From: a virus
Taxonomy: Duplodnaviria > Caudoviricetes
IMG/VR virus record: IMGVR_UViG_3300009095_000003
Location: 1 to 45,376 of that record
Strand: one strand, 5' to 3'
Length of the DNA: 45,376 nucleotides
Shown: positions 1 through 8,136 of the stretch, piece by piece
How the letters are laid out: each line of letters opens with the position of its first letter
Position numbering within the stretch: the first letter of the stretch is position 1
Translations under genes and position numbers: made by a program
Notes under the pieces: model-generated
Databases searched by the model: none
The model's input: only the letters and a program-made list of their open reading frames with translations
What the model was told of the DNA's origin: nothing

Positions 1-123
1 CCATCGAATACACGGCTAAGCTTATCAAAAATTATTCCAGTAATCTCATTAGTCTTAACGGGGTACCGGAATAATGTTTTGAAAATTTTAGCTTTGTCAT
101 GCGGTATAAGAGTTTGAACCCAC
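1..123. repeat. Terminal direct repeat / circular overlap, identical to 45254-45376
   Basis: CCATCGAATACACGG...TTTGAACCCAC occurs at both ends, and the portal frame stays open across the join. Most likely an assembly overlap of a circularly permuted genome. Confidence 0.97.
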
Positions 124-278
124 GATAAAAAATCCGTTACAGGCTGAGAATAGTTCGCAGTGATGCGAGTCTCAGCATGAAACTTGATACGATTTTGATG
201 GACAGTAGCTCTATTTAGAGTTGCTGCCTTTTTCTTTTCTTGTATCTTCTTTTTTATCTTGTCTAAATCCAATACCAT
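1..278 (-). CDS. Portal protein, N-terminal part (continues across the join at 45253)
   Basis: Manual translation from ATG at 278 gives MVLDLDKIKKKIQEKKKAATLNRA...DKLSRVFDG, then RNPAFNYQF...RQNVLKEPAVW with no stop. 278+1447 nt = 575 codons. Confidence 0.85.
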   Translation of the reverse strand, partial: MVLDLDKIKKKIQEKKKAATLNRATVHQNRIKFHAETRITANYSQPVTDFLSWVQTLIPHDKAKIFKTLFRYPVKTNEITGIIFDKLSRVFD

Positions 279-429
279 TTTTCACATTGAATGTATATTG
301 ACCATCAGCAGGAAGTACCCAACCACCATTGTTAGGCATTCTAAGCAAACGCTCAGCGTGATTAATTTCGAACTCTTGAGTGGTGCCTGTTTTTGAATTT
401 TCAAGCACCACATTTGTGAATTTTGCCAT
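211..429 (-). CDS. Small hypothetical protein upstream of portal
   Basis: 72-aa ATG ORF packed between the major-tail-like gene and portal. Confidence 0.75.
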   Translation of the reverse strand: MAKFTNVVLENSKTGTTQEFEINHAERLLRMPNNGGWVLPADGQYTFNVKNGIGFRQDKKEDTRKEKGSNSK

Positions 430-441
430 AGCTTTAACTTT

Positions 442-1095
442 TTAAGGAGTTACCGGAGCTACTAAATCGGTTAGAGGATTAAAGTCTGTTGGTGCAACAA
501 TCTCTAAATCATCAGACCAGTTAGGAATGAATGACCATTGGATTGCGTTACTGTCAGGAGCTTCTAAACCTCCAAGCGTTTTATCTCCAACGAAAAATGC
601 ACGAATAGGAATTGGTTCCCAAACAGGTGCAGCTTCTGTTCCTGATTTAATAGCACCGATAGCGCCATTTTCATCGAACAAATAAACACCGATTGTTTCA
701 CACTGCAATTCTTTAAGTGTTTTGATAACTGCTTGAGGGGTTTTACGAATAACACCGGTAAATGGAGTTGGTTCGCGACCGATAATTTCTTCAACACCTC
801 CAAGCGTTTCGTTTCCACCGCCGAACGTACGAGGAGCTCCAGCTTCTGCAGTTGGTGCTTGTATGTAAGGTGAAACGACAATTTTAGTATCATCACCAGC
901 TGCTAACAATGCTGTCCAAGAAGCAAGTAGGTCAGGAGCTCCAGCAGACCCAAGGTCACCGGTAAAACCGTTTTTACTTCCATCAGCCTTTGTTAATCGC
1001 TGAAATGCTACTTTCTGGATTTGTCCGAAAGTTTCAGGACAATCTGCAACCGGAATATCTGGTAAAGCGGCTGCTCTTGGGCATTTGCAAATCAT
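442..1095 (-). CDS. Major structural protein, probable tail tube / major tail protein
   Basis: 217 aa, Pro/Gly/acidic and beta-rich, first gene of a structural operon; resembles major virion proteins of Bacteroidota siphoviruses as I recall them. Confidence 0.6.
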   Translation of the reverse strand: MICKCPRAAALPDIPVADCPETFGQIQKVAFQRLTKADGSKNGFTGDLGSAGAPDLLASWTALLAAGDDTKIVVSPYIQAPTAEAGAPRTFGGGNETLGGVEEIIGREPTPFTGVIRKTPQAVIKTLKELQCETIGVYLFDENGAIGAIKSGTEAAPVWEPIPIRAFFVGDKTLGGLEAPDSNAIQWSFIPNWSDDLEIVAPTDFNPLTDLVAPVTP

Positions 1096-1257
1096 AGCTT
1101 ATAAAATTAAACTGTTAATAAATTACTAAATTGTTATCCTTAAGCCTACACCAAAGCATAGGAATTTAAGTTCTAAATCTAAGCTTCGGCTCACAAATTC
1201 TGCTGTTAAGGCAGGTAACAAAAAGAATTGTCTGTACTTCCAAAAAGAACGAACATA

Positions 1258-1265
1258 CAAATATA
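1258..1265 (-). promoter_or_regulatory. Bacteroidota -7 promoter box TATATTTG for the structural operon
   Basis: Exact TAnnTTTG match in the intergenic gap upstream of the 1095 ATG. Confidence 0.65.
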
Positions 1266-1282
1266 CACTAAATGTTTTAATC

Positions 1283-1765
1283 TTAAACCCTATTCTTTTC
1301 ATGTCTTAACGCTTTTTTAATCCCTTTCATATCAACGTGCAAAACGGATGGGTATTTGACTATTTCACCTTTAGTGTATACAGACTCACTAAACCCCTGG
1401 TCTCCACTGTATGGCATCTCTACCACTCTTTCAACATTATCAACGAAGATACCGTATTTGTGTTTATATTGGTCTCGTGCATCCTTAGATACGTTAGCAG
1501 CAATCCATTCTTCATCAGTGAATTTAGAAGTATGTTTGGCATCTACCAAATTGGCCAATGCCAATGTAGCTCCACATTCTAATCCAAAAATATCAGGTTT
1601 ATGAGTTGAGCAGATAAGTATCTCGCCTCTGTACTTTACATTGTCTTCGATGAAAGCAATGCTTGTATGCTTCTCAGATAAATTGGAAGCATGAGGCTGT
1701 GGCAAAACCAATGTTTGGTATTTGTCATGTTCAGCTGCATCAAATTTATCAAGCTTATATTGCAT
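1283..1765 (-). CDS. ASCH/PUA-like domain protein
   Basis: LVLPQPHA...YRGEILICS...GATLALANLVD...PYSGDQGF follows the ASCH pattern. ATG 1765 is preferred because the upstream TTG lies inside the promoter box. Confidence 0.65.
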   Translation of the reverse strand: MQYKLDKFDAAEHDKYQTLVLPQPHASNLSEKHTSIAFIEDNVKYRGEILICSTHKPDIFGLECGATLALANLVDAKHTSKFTDEEWIAANVSKDARDQYKHKYGIFVDNVERVVEMPYSGDQGFSESVYTKGEIVKYPSVLHVDMKGIKKALRHEKNRV

Positions 1766-1783
1766 ACAATAATTCTTTAAAGG

Positions 1784-1791
1784 CAAAAGTA
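1784..1791 (-). promoter_or_regulatory. -7 promoter box TACTTTTG for the ASCH gene
   Basis: TAnnTTTG match ~19 nt upstream of the ATG. Confidence 0.6.
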
Positions 1792-1831
1792 TAAAAAATT
1801 TTATTATAATTTGAACTTTTAAGCTGTAAAT

Positions 1832-3259
1832 TTAGTTCATTCTTCTAACGCCTTTCTTTTTAGCTTTGTCTTTACCAATCATCATGGTTAAACAGTCGAC
1901 GTACTCATCGTGTGCTGCATTTGGAAACGTACATACTTGGTCAATAAATTCTTTATTCCATGGACCTCGTATAAGCTTCACTCGTCCAGCTTCCACTGTC
2001 GGTGATGAGTCTTTAGCTCTTGCTACTTTGTCTTTAGCTGGCGGTATTCCTTCTTTCACATTAAGCTCTGTGATGCGTTTCAACGTTTGGGCTAATGACT
2101 TACCTGAAGCTTTAGGCTCAATCTCAATAATCGATTTGCGAGTGTAGCCATGTAGATGAGCGAATGCAGGCAATGCCTTACATAGCTCAGGAAACTCAAG
2201 GTATTCGGTTTGTGCATACCTGATTATGTAGTCATTGTTGTGTTTAGCATAAGCCAAATATCCTGATGGGTCATTCTCCTCATTTTCAGTGTAGGCGGTA
2301 TCAGCAGTGAAGTTCCATTCCAATTTAGCAAACTCTGGTTGCCAATCAATAATGCCAGACCATTCTTTTTTGAAGATACCTCCTTCGCTCGGCGCTGGGT
2401 TTTGGTCATACTGTCCTGCATAGCCGTAGCTGCCTAAATCGACTTGAGCTTCTTCAAGCACTTCACGACTCAAACGTATTGGGTCAAGCAATCCATCAAC
2501 GTAATTTTCTTTGGCTTCTTCAGGCAAAACCTTCGTGCCTTCCTTAATCTCAGCAGGCAAACAAATGTGTTTTATCTTTTTGCCCTTCTTGCTAATCATA
2601 ACACCTGTCGGGTCTTCTTCATGAAGTCGCTGCATTACCAATATGGTTGGAGTTACAAGCTTATCAATCTTACGAGATGATAGTGTTGAGGTCACGAAGT
2701 TATTAGCTGACTCTCGTTCTACGTCAGAAGCTGACTGCTGTGGATTAATAGGGTCATCGACAATAATCTGATGAGCGTGCATACCAGTAACGGTACCTCC
2801 TGTTGAAGTGGTAAATCGTTGGCCGCCTTTAGTATTTCTAAAGTCAGACTTTCCCTGTTGGTCTTTCTTGAGTTCAATTTCAGGAAACAATGTTTTGTAC
2901 TTATCAGAATTGATAATGTCCCTGGTCTTGATAGAATGAGACAGAGACAGTGCATGAGCATACGATGACGCAATCATACGTTGAGACGGGTCAACAGTCC
3001 AAACCCAAGCATTATACATCTGTGTTACAATGGTCGACTTGGTAGAACCAGGTGGCACATTGATAACTAAGTCGTATGGCTTAGGTAGTCTTTTGACAAC
3101 AAACGAATTTAAGTATTGAAGCTCATCACATAAATATTTTATGTGCCAATTGTAGACAGGAGTCTCAGGAATAACTACCTCCCAAAACTCCTGCAAAAAT
3201 CGGTAAAAGCTTCGCCTACACAATTCAGCTAATGCCTTATTCGGATTTGCTTTCAACAT
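1832..3259 (-). CDS. terL: Terminase large subunit
   Basis: Walker A-like NVPPGSTKS, Walker B IIVDDP, VMQRLH motif, C-terminal nuclease FPNAAHDEYVD. Confidence 0.95.
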   Translation of the reverse strand: MLKANPNKALAELCRRSFYRFLQEFWEVVIPETPVYNWHIKYLCDELQYLNSFVVKRLPKPYDLVINVPPGSTKSTIVTQMYNAWVWTVDPSQRMIASSYAHALSLSHSIKTRDIINSDKYKTLFPEIELKKDQQGKSDFRNTKGGQRFTTSTGGTVTGMHAHQIIVDDPINPQQSASDVERESANNFVTSTLSSRKIDKLVTPTILVMQRLHEEDPTGVMISKKGKKIKHICLPAEIKEGTKVLPEEAKENYVDGLLDPIRLSREVLEEAQVDLGSYGYAGQYDQNPAPSEGGIFKKEWSGIIDWQPEFAKLEWNFTADTAYTENEENDPSGYLAYAKHNNDYIIRYAQTEYLEFPELCKALPAFAHLHGYTRKSIIEIEPKASGKSLAQTLKRITELNVKEGIPPAKDKVARAKDSSPTVEAGRVKLIRGPWNKEFIDQVCTFPNAAHDEYVDCLTMMIGKDKAKKKGVRRMN

Positions 3260-3815
3260 TCAATTCAGATTGTTTAGCTAATTCGGCAAGTGCCTCATCA
3301 GATAATTGCGAATAGTCTACTTCGTTTTTAACTTTTGCGTTTACTTCGGATTTAGTTATCTCAGCTAACTGCAAATCTCGTGCGATGATTGAGGCATTGA
3401 ACGCTCCAACTGTAGCTCCTTCGAACTTATTATCGAACATTACCTTGTCTATGCGCGAGACGATGTCCCGAAATTCTTCATAAGCACCATTCGTATTCGC
3501 TCTATAGTGGTCCAGCTTATATATGATTCCATGTCTAATCATGAAAGTTTCAAAGCCAGCCCAGCTGTAAGGTCTAATGCTATCTAACTGCACTTTCGTT
3601 CCTGCTGAAGTACCTCCTCTAATGAAGTCTTGCTTTTTGAAAGGCGTTTCATCAACTTCTTTGAAATACTGGCATGCGTATTCCCACATCTTCTCAGGCG
3701 ACTCAATTTTCTTAGGTCTTCCGGCTTTGGACGCTTTGATAGCTTTCACTCCAATTTTACTCATATAGTCCCAATATCCAGGGTCTCCTTTTTTAGGTAT
3801 TTTTTGCTTTGCCAT
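3237..3815 (-). CDS. terS: Terminase small subunit, P22 gp3-like
   Basis: GRPKKIESPEKMW..ACQYF and GAFNASIIARDL motifs; overlaps the terL start; ATG 3815 preferred. Confidence 0.88.
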   Translation of the reverse strand: MAKQKIPKKGDPGYWDYMSKIGVKAIKASKAGRPKKIESPEKMWEYACQYFKEVDETPFKKQDFIRGGTSAGTKVQLDSIRPYSWAGFETFMIRHGIIYKLDHYRANTNGAYEEFRDIVSRIDKVMFDNKFEGATVGAFNASIIARDLQLAEITKSEVNAKVKNEVDYSQLSDEALAELAKQSELNVESKSE

Positions 3816-3836
3816 AGTTGTATATTTTATTTTCAA

Positions 3837-3844
3837 CAAATTTA
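3837..3844 (-). promoter_or_regulatory. -7 promoter box TAAATTTG for terS-terL
   Basis: TAnnTTTG match ~22 nt upstream of ATG 3815. Confidence 0.6.
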
Positions 3845-3944
3845 CAAATTAAATTTCAATATCGGTTTCAAACAAAGCTTCATAATTTTTAAAAATATAT
3901 GCTAAACTATTAAAAAGTTTTTCATATTTTATAATTATAGGTAC

Positions 3945-4294
3945 TCGAGAAACAATGATTTTCATATATTCACTTGACTATCAATCCTTTATACTTTGGC
4001 CCTTGGGGCCGGAAACAATAAGAAACGACTATTGTTTCTCGATAACCAATTGAGAATGAATAGATTGCGGCCAAAAATCGTCCTCGAGAAACAATAGGAA
4101 CAATTTTCCCATATAAGGCTATATGGCAATAACGCGTTTATTTTATTCAATTTTTTCAATATTATCTATTTTAAACTGTTTTATATATATTATTGTTTCT
4201 ATTGTTTACACCAGATATAAAGGATTATAAATCAATAACTTATGGTATGTTTTCGTGGAAACAATCATTGTTTCCATTGTTTCTCATTGTTTCC
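3945..4294. repeat. Iteron-rich non-coding element, copy A (origin-like)
   Basis: GAAACAAT/ATTGTTTC boxes at 3949, 4012, 4031, 4088, 4097, 4192, 4201, 4258, 4267, 4276 and 4286 around an AT-rich core; homologous to 25248-25575. Confidence 0.9.
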
Positions 4295-4300
4295 AGGCAC

Positions 4301-4591
4301 TTAATTATACGCCAATAAGTCCATTATGCCGTGCATTCCTGTTAGCGTCCTTTCCACTATGGCGGCGTCACCGGTTTTACAGCCTACGCCCAAACTATCG
4401 CTGCTGCCAAAGCATTTTATGCCTTCTTCGGAGAAGCTTACAAAGCCTGCGCTATGCACTTTTCCCACACCAGCAACTACAGATATATGAGCTATGTCTT
4501 TATGATTGAAAACTCCATTGAAAATAATGGCCCTTGCGCCATGAATATTCATGCCCTTAGGTATCATGATGACGTACTTAATATCGTTCAT
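4301..4591 (-). CDS. Hypothetical protein
   Basis: 96-aa ORF, start/stop overlap with the upstream gene. Confidence 0.75.
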   Translation of the reverse strand: MNDIKYVIMIPKGMNIHGARAIIFNGVFNHKDIAHISVVAGVGKVHSAGFVSFSEEGIKCFGSSDSLGVGCKTGDAAIVERTLTGMHGIMDLLAYN

Positions 4592-4821
4592 TTTGTCAGC
4601 TTTTTAATTTCTGCCGCATGCTCCATTATCCGAAACAGGGTCGTTATTTTTTCTTTTTCTTCCATACAGTCTAGCTCTTCTTGGGTTGTCGTAGGCTTAT
4701 GAAATGAACCACCTTTGTATGATTTGCGTTGTGCATCTCTGTGCTGCTTGTACATTAAAATTTCGTACTTCTGGCCTGCAGCATTGAATAACCGGTTTGC
4801 TAAGTTTTTAATATCTTCCAT
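4588..4821 (-). CDS. Hypothetical protein
   Basis: 77-aa ATG ORF in a tightly packed operon. Confidence 0.7.
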   Translation of the reverse strand: MEDIKNLANRLFNAAGQKYEILMYKQHRDAQRKSYKGGSFHKPTTTQEELDCMEEKEKITTLFRIMEHAAEIKKLTK

Positions 4822-4832
4822 GTTTTTACATT

Positions 4833-5204
4833 TTACCTATTATTAAAACGACTCGCTTTTTTTATAATACTCGTTGATAACTCCTGTAAGCTTTTTGGGT
4901 CTTTGGTATAGGCTTCCGCAATATCTTTAAACTTTTCCATCTCCCAAATTGGGATTTTTGATATTGTGAATATAAAGTCCTCCATAACATCATAAACTTG
5001 AGTTAGGCTCTGTTCTTCCTTATCAAAAAGCAAGTCAAAATCTTTTTCATTTTTTATTAGCATTTGCAAATACCTGTTTGTCAAGTGTTTAAAGTTTTGC
5101 CTATAGAGTTTTGGAGCGCTATACCTTAAATCCTCATTCAAATTTAACGCGAGTTGAGAAGATATAACCGCGTGTACTATTTTGTCTTGTATTGATTTCT
5201 GCAT
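4833..5204 (-). CDS. Hypothetical helical protein
   Basis: 123-aa ATG ORF in the operon. Confidence 0.75.
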   Translation of the reverse strand: MQKSIQDKIVHAVISSQLALNLNEDLRYSAPKLYRQNFKHLTNRYLQMLIKNEKDFDLLFDKEEQSLTQVYDVMEDFIFTISKIPIWEMEKFKDIAEAYTKDPKSLQELSTSIIKKASRFNNR

Positions 5205-5353
5205 CTTCTTTTAGTTTGAATTTTACTTACTATCTTATTAGCCTGCCAAAGTTTTATATCAAATTTTTTGGCAATTTGTCCAGAAGTATTGTTTTAGTTG
5301 TTGAAAAAATAATCTTCTATCTCATCGATTAATTCCTGCGATATTCCTTTCAT
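5177..5353 (-). pseudogene. Small HTH-like ORF interrupted by an in-frame TAA (5294-5296)
   Basis: Manual translation MKGISQELIDEIEDYFFNN*NNTSGQIAKKFDIKLWQANKIVSKIQTKRRCRNQYKTK*; fills an otherwise unexplained gap. Confidence 0.6.
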
Positions 5354-5355
5354 TT

Positions 5356-5949
5356 TTAAAACAGTTCATCAGAAGGCTCAAGCTCTCTGCGTGTTACAAT
5401 TCTATAAATTTGCCTTGTCAGCCTAACATCTTTTAAGGCGTCGTGAAGGTCTTCTTTATTTACTTCAATGCCAAGTTCCATTGCAACTCTTTTGAGTTTA
5501 AAGGATGGCATCTGTGCGCGTCTATCGAGCAAATACTCTGAAGCAAGACAAAGTACGTCTAAGGTATCTACCCAGAACCATGAACCCATAAATCTGTCGT
5601 GGTTCAGTTCAAAGAACATTCTAAGAAAGAAGTCATCGAAAGCTCGGTTATTAAAACCAATAAGCCATATTTTGTCAGTCTTATCGAACTTGTCAACATA
5701 CTTACCAAGCATTTTGACAAAGCTTTTATAGACTACTTTCATATCCGGGTACTGCATAATTTCGTCAACAGTTTTACCGTTCACCGCCATGGCTGCATCA
5801 TCGATTTGAGCCTTAGGATGAGGTTTGACTCTATAATCAAACTCCTCTACGACCTTACCATTTTTCTCTATCATTCCAGCGAGCTGAATTATAGAATGCT
5901 TTCTATGGTCAGTGCCGGTCGTTTCTACGTCATAAAATAGTTTTATCAT
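5356..5949 (-). CDS. DEDDh 3'-5' exonuclease (DnaQ/RNase T-like)
   Basis: ExoI YDVETTG, ExoII GFNNRAFD, ExoIII HDALKD. Confidence 0.92.
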   Translation of the reverse strand: MIKLFYDVETTGTDHRKHSIIQLAGMIEKNGKVVEEFDYRVKPHPKAQIDDAAMAVNGKTVDEIMQYPDMKVVYKSFVKMLGKYVDKFDKTDKIWLIGFNNRAFDDFFLRMFFELNHDRFMGSWFWVDTLDVLCLASEYLLDRRAQMPSFKLKRVAMELGIEVNKEDLHDALKDVRLTRQIYRIVTRRELEPSDELF

Positions 5950-6194
5950 CTCTTAATAGCTTTTCCACAGTGCTTACATTGCTTATGATTTTCATCCAAA
6001 TAGTTAAATCCTTGGTCATGCTTACAGCTGCTAATCGACCAAAGCCATTTCCAAAATTCTTTGCTTTTGAATACCCCACGAACAGAACTATCCGCAGGGT
6101 TTTTTAACATTCTATAGTCATGCAAAGTTATTGCTGCTATGTTAGCTAAAATAAAAAATGCTATACTAGCTAAAAGTAAATAAGTCAAAATCAT
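5946..6194 (-). CDS. Small membrane-anchored protein with Cys/His-rich C-terminus
   Basis: Hydrophobic N-terminus, CKH...CKHC; overlaps neighbours on both sides by 4 nt. Confidence 0.7.
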   Translation of the reverse strand: MILTYLLLASIAFFILANIAAITLHDYRMLKNPADSSVRGVFKSKEFWKWLWSISSCKHDQGFNYLDENHKQCKHCGKAIKR

Positions 6195-6601
6195 AATACT
6201 TCAGGGTTAAGTGGTAACAATGGTGAGTCTCGAACGGCGATGATAATCCAAAATAAACCTTCAGCTTCCAAAGCTTCAAGCTCATCATCGCTAAATTCAA
6301 ATTCCAATACTGCTGTTTGGTTTTCTAAATCCCATGCAATAGGGTTTACGTTCAATGCCAATCTGAAGTCAATAGGAAACTCCGGCTTAATAGTTTTAAC
6401 TTCCATGCCTTGCACCGGGCCATTGAAATTCAGTACGCCTATTCCAGCCTTTTTAGTCTCAAGGACCTTGGCTTTTTCTTCTTGGTCAAGTTCGAAACAA
6501 ATGCAAATTATTCCACGGCCAACCCATGCAGGCAGCTGTTGATACTCCTCCTGGTCTTTTGCGATTACGACTACCTGCTCTTCAAATTCAATTGCTTTCA
6601 T
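6191..6601 (-). CDS. Hypothetical protein with an internally duplicated module
   Basis: 136 aa; CFELDQEEKAKV..GIGV...PVQGM parallels EFEFSDDELEAL..FWIII...PLLPL. Confidence 0.75.
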   Translation of the reverse strand: MKAIEFEEQVVVIAKDQEEYQQLPAWVGRGIICICFELDQEEKAKVLETKKAGIGVLNFNGPVQGMEVKTIKPEFPIDFRLALNVNPIAWDLENQTAVLEFEFSDDELEALEAEGLFWIIIAVRDSPLLPLNPEVL

Positions 6602-6602
6602 A

Positions 6603-7457
6603 TTATCTTAAGTTAAATTTTTGTTTTAATTCTATAATGTCTGCTTCTTCTTGGGCAAGCATAGTCTCATATAAACCCATGTCTATTCTGCTCGTTATTT
6701 CGTTTTCGCAAAGGTTTATTAATTCTCTTGGTGGCAGAGCATCAAGCTCCCAAGAAGTATAACCCCATTGGTTAATATACCAGTCTGCTCTTGGGTCTGA
6801 GATTTTAGCGGGGTTTGGTGGTGGATTGAAATTCTTAATCTGCTCCATTGTTAAAGCCACAGGTACAACATTGACTTCAATTCCAAAGCCTTCCAGGCGT
6901 TCACGGATATCGCGTATCATGTCCAAACCACTTGGGTCATGGTCACCAAAGTAAAGAATAGTATCACCTGTCTCAAGTCTTCTATATGCGTCGTACATAG
7001 CTGAGCAAGAGCTATACCCACGATTAACCATTAGCCTAATATGATACTTATGTGTAACACGAGCAAGCACATTAGATAAAGCATCTTTCTCAACCCAGAC
7101 TTCAATTTTATTGTCTTGTCCTTTCATACGGTCAAGCCTGTATTGGCTTATAGTATCTTGGATTGCATCAGGTATACCATGAACCCAATATGGAATTTGT
7201 GGCTTACGAACACGGTCCTCAATAGCATCCCAATCTACTATTCCAGCCATGCGGCCTTTCTTAAGAATATTGCTTAAACGCACATATTCAATTTGCTTAT
7301 TTGGAATAACATCCCGAGATACCAATTGGTAATACAGCTGACGAAGAGTCAAGACGTAGCCATCAGCAACGTACTCTTCCAAAATGCTGTTGATTAACTC
7401 AAGCCGTTCTTTGTTGGCTTTGTTTAGTCTGAGTTTGTGGTCAAATGCTTGTTTCAT
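6603..7457 (-). CDS. Topoisomerase VI-A/Spo11-like TOPRIM protein
   Basis: LRQLYYQL winged-helix Tyr motif, VWVEKDAL, GYSS, YFGDHDPSG, WELDAL. Confidence 0.8.
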   Translation of the reverse strand: MKQAFDHKLRLNKANKERLELINSILEEYVADGYVLTLRQLYYQLVSRDVIPNKQIEYVRLSNILKKGRMAGIVDWDAIEDRVRKPQIPYWVHGIPDAIQDTISQYRLDRMKGQDNKIEVWVEKDALSNVLARVTHKYHIRLMVNRGYSSCSAMYDAYRRLETGDTILYFGDHDPSGLDMIRDIRERLEGFGIEVNVVPVALTMEQIKNFNPPPNPAKISDPRADWYINQWGYTSWELDALPPRELINLCENEITSRIDMGLYETMLAQEEADIIELKQKFNLR

Positions 7458-7458
7458 G

Positions 7459-7722
7459 TTATATAGTTGCTAAAAGTTCTTTCTGCTGAGCAATAGCGTG
7501 TTTTAAATATTTAATGTAGTCATACAAAAATTTGTCAGTATCAATTGGCAAAAATTGATATTTGAAAACTACATCAGCTGAAGCTCCTGCTTTCATTTTT
7601 ACTGTTAAACTTTCACCGTTGTTGAAGTCAAGCCTTAGCTCTTCAACTTGAGCAAGATTTTTCTCCAGTTCTTCAATTCGAGCCTGAACGGCATTGGCTC
7701 TGTTTAGTGTTTGTAAATCCAT
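7459..7722 (-). CDS. Hypothetical protein
   Basis: 87-aa ORF with TAATG coupling. Confidence 0.7.
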   Translation of the reverse strand: MDLQTLNRANAVQARIEELEKNLAQVEELRLDFNNGESLTVKMKAGASADVVFKYQFLPIDTDKFLYDYIKYLKHAIAQQKELLATI

Positions 7723-7952
7723 TATTTAAGTTGCTTTAATAAATTTTCAATACCTCTACCATCTTTGATGGATTTTCCTGAGTGCCAACCTGAGTATGGC
7801 CAAAAGCTAATAATAGCACCATTATATTCAAATTCAAGCTTACTATCGTTTATTTTAGTAACATTAATGCCTTTTGCTTTCAAAGCTTTTAAAGCATAGG
7901 CCATACGCTTTGGTTCCAATTCTTTTTGTCTGTCTATGTCTATTCTTGGCAT
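7722..7952 (-). CDS. Hypothetical protein
   Basis: 76-aa ORF with an FWPYSGW..GRGI..LLKQL pattern typical of small phage proteins. Confidence 0.75.
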   Translation of the reverse strand: MPRIDIDRQKELEPKRMAYALKALKAKGINVTKINDSKLEFEYNGAIISFWPYSGWHSGKSIKDGRGIENLLKQLK

Positions 7953-7953
7953 G

Positions 7954-8124
7954 TTATTTCTTTTTAACTATGAACGCCCTTGGTGCAGTAGGATGAGGCA
8001 CAAGTACCTCATCATCTGCTTTTAACGCTGCTGGTTTGACATTCTTTTTAGCTTTCTTCTTTTGGAAGATTTCTTGTCTGCGCGCTTTGGCCATCTTTTC
8101 AGACACGTAACGTTTGTAGCCCAT
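7954..8124 (-). CDS. Small basic protein (56 aa, below the ORF-track cutoff)
   Basis: Manual translation MGYKRYVSEKMAKARRQEIFQKKKAKKNVKPAALKADDEVLVPHPTAPRAFIVKKK*; fills the gap. Confidence 0.65.
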   Translation of the reverse strand: MGYKRYVSEKMAKARRQEIFQKKKAKKNVKPAALKADDEVLVPHPTAPRAFIVKKK

Positions 8125-8136
8125 TTTAATTAATTT

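Noticed and set aside
1-123. 123-bp terminal repeat as a biological DTR
   Set aside because: It lies mid-portal with the frame intact across the join, and the P22-like TerS suggests headful packaging; an assembler overlap is the simpler explanation
4258-4293. ATTGTTTC repeats as a CRISPR array
   Set aside because: 8-bp units 1-2 bp apart and in both orientations, with no spacer periodicity; the only Cas4-like gene is the usual phage DUF2800 exonuclease
3945-4294. attP/prophage ends or transposon ends
   Set aside because: No integrase, resolvase or transposase gene and no host genes in the circle; a recombination role is kept only as a secondary hypothesis
5294-5296. Genome-wide stop-codon reassignment
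   Set aside because: Genes are full length under the standard code, and TAA, TAG and TGA are all used as real stops
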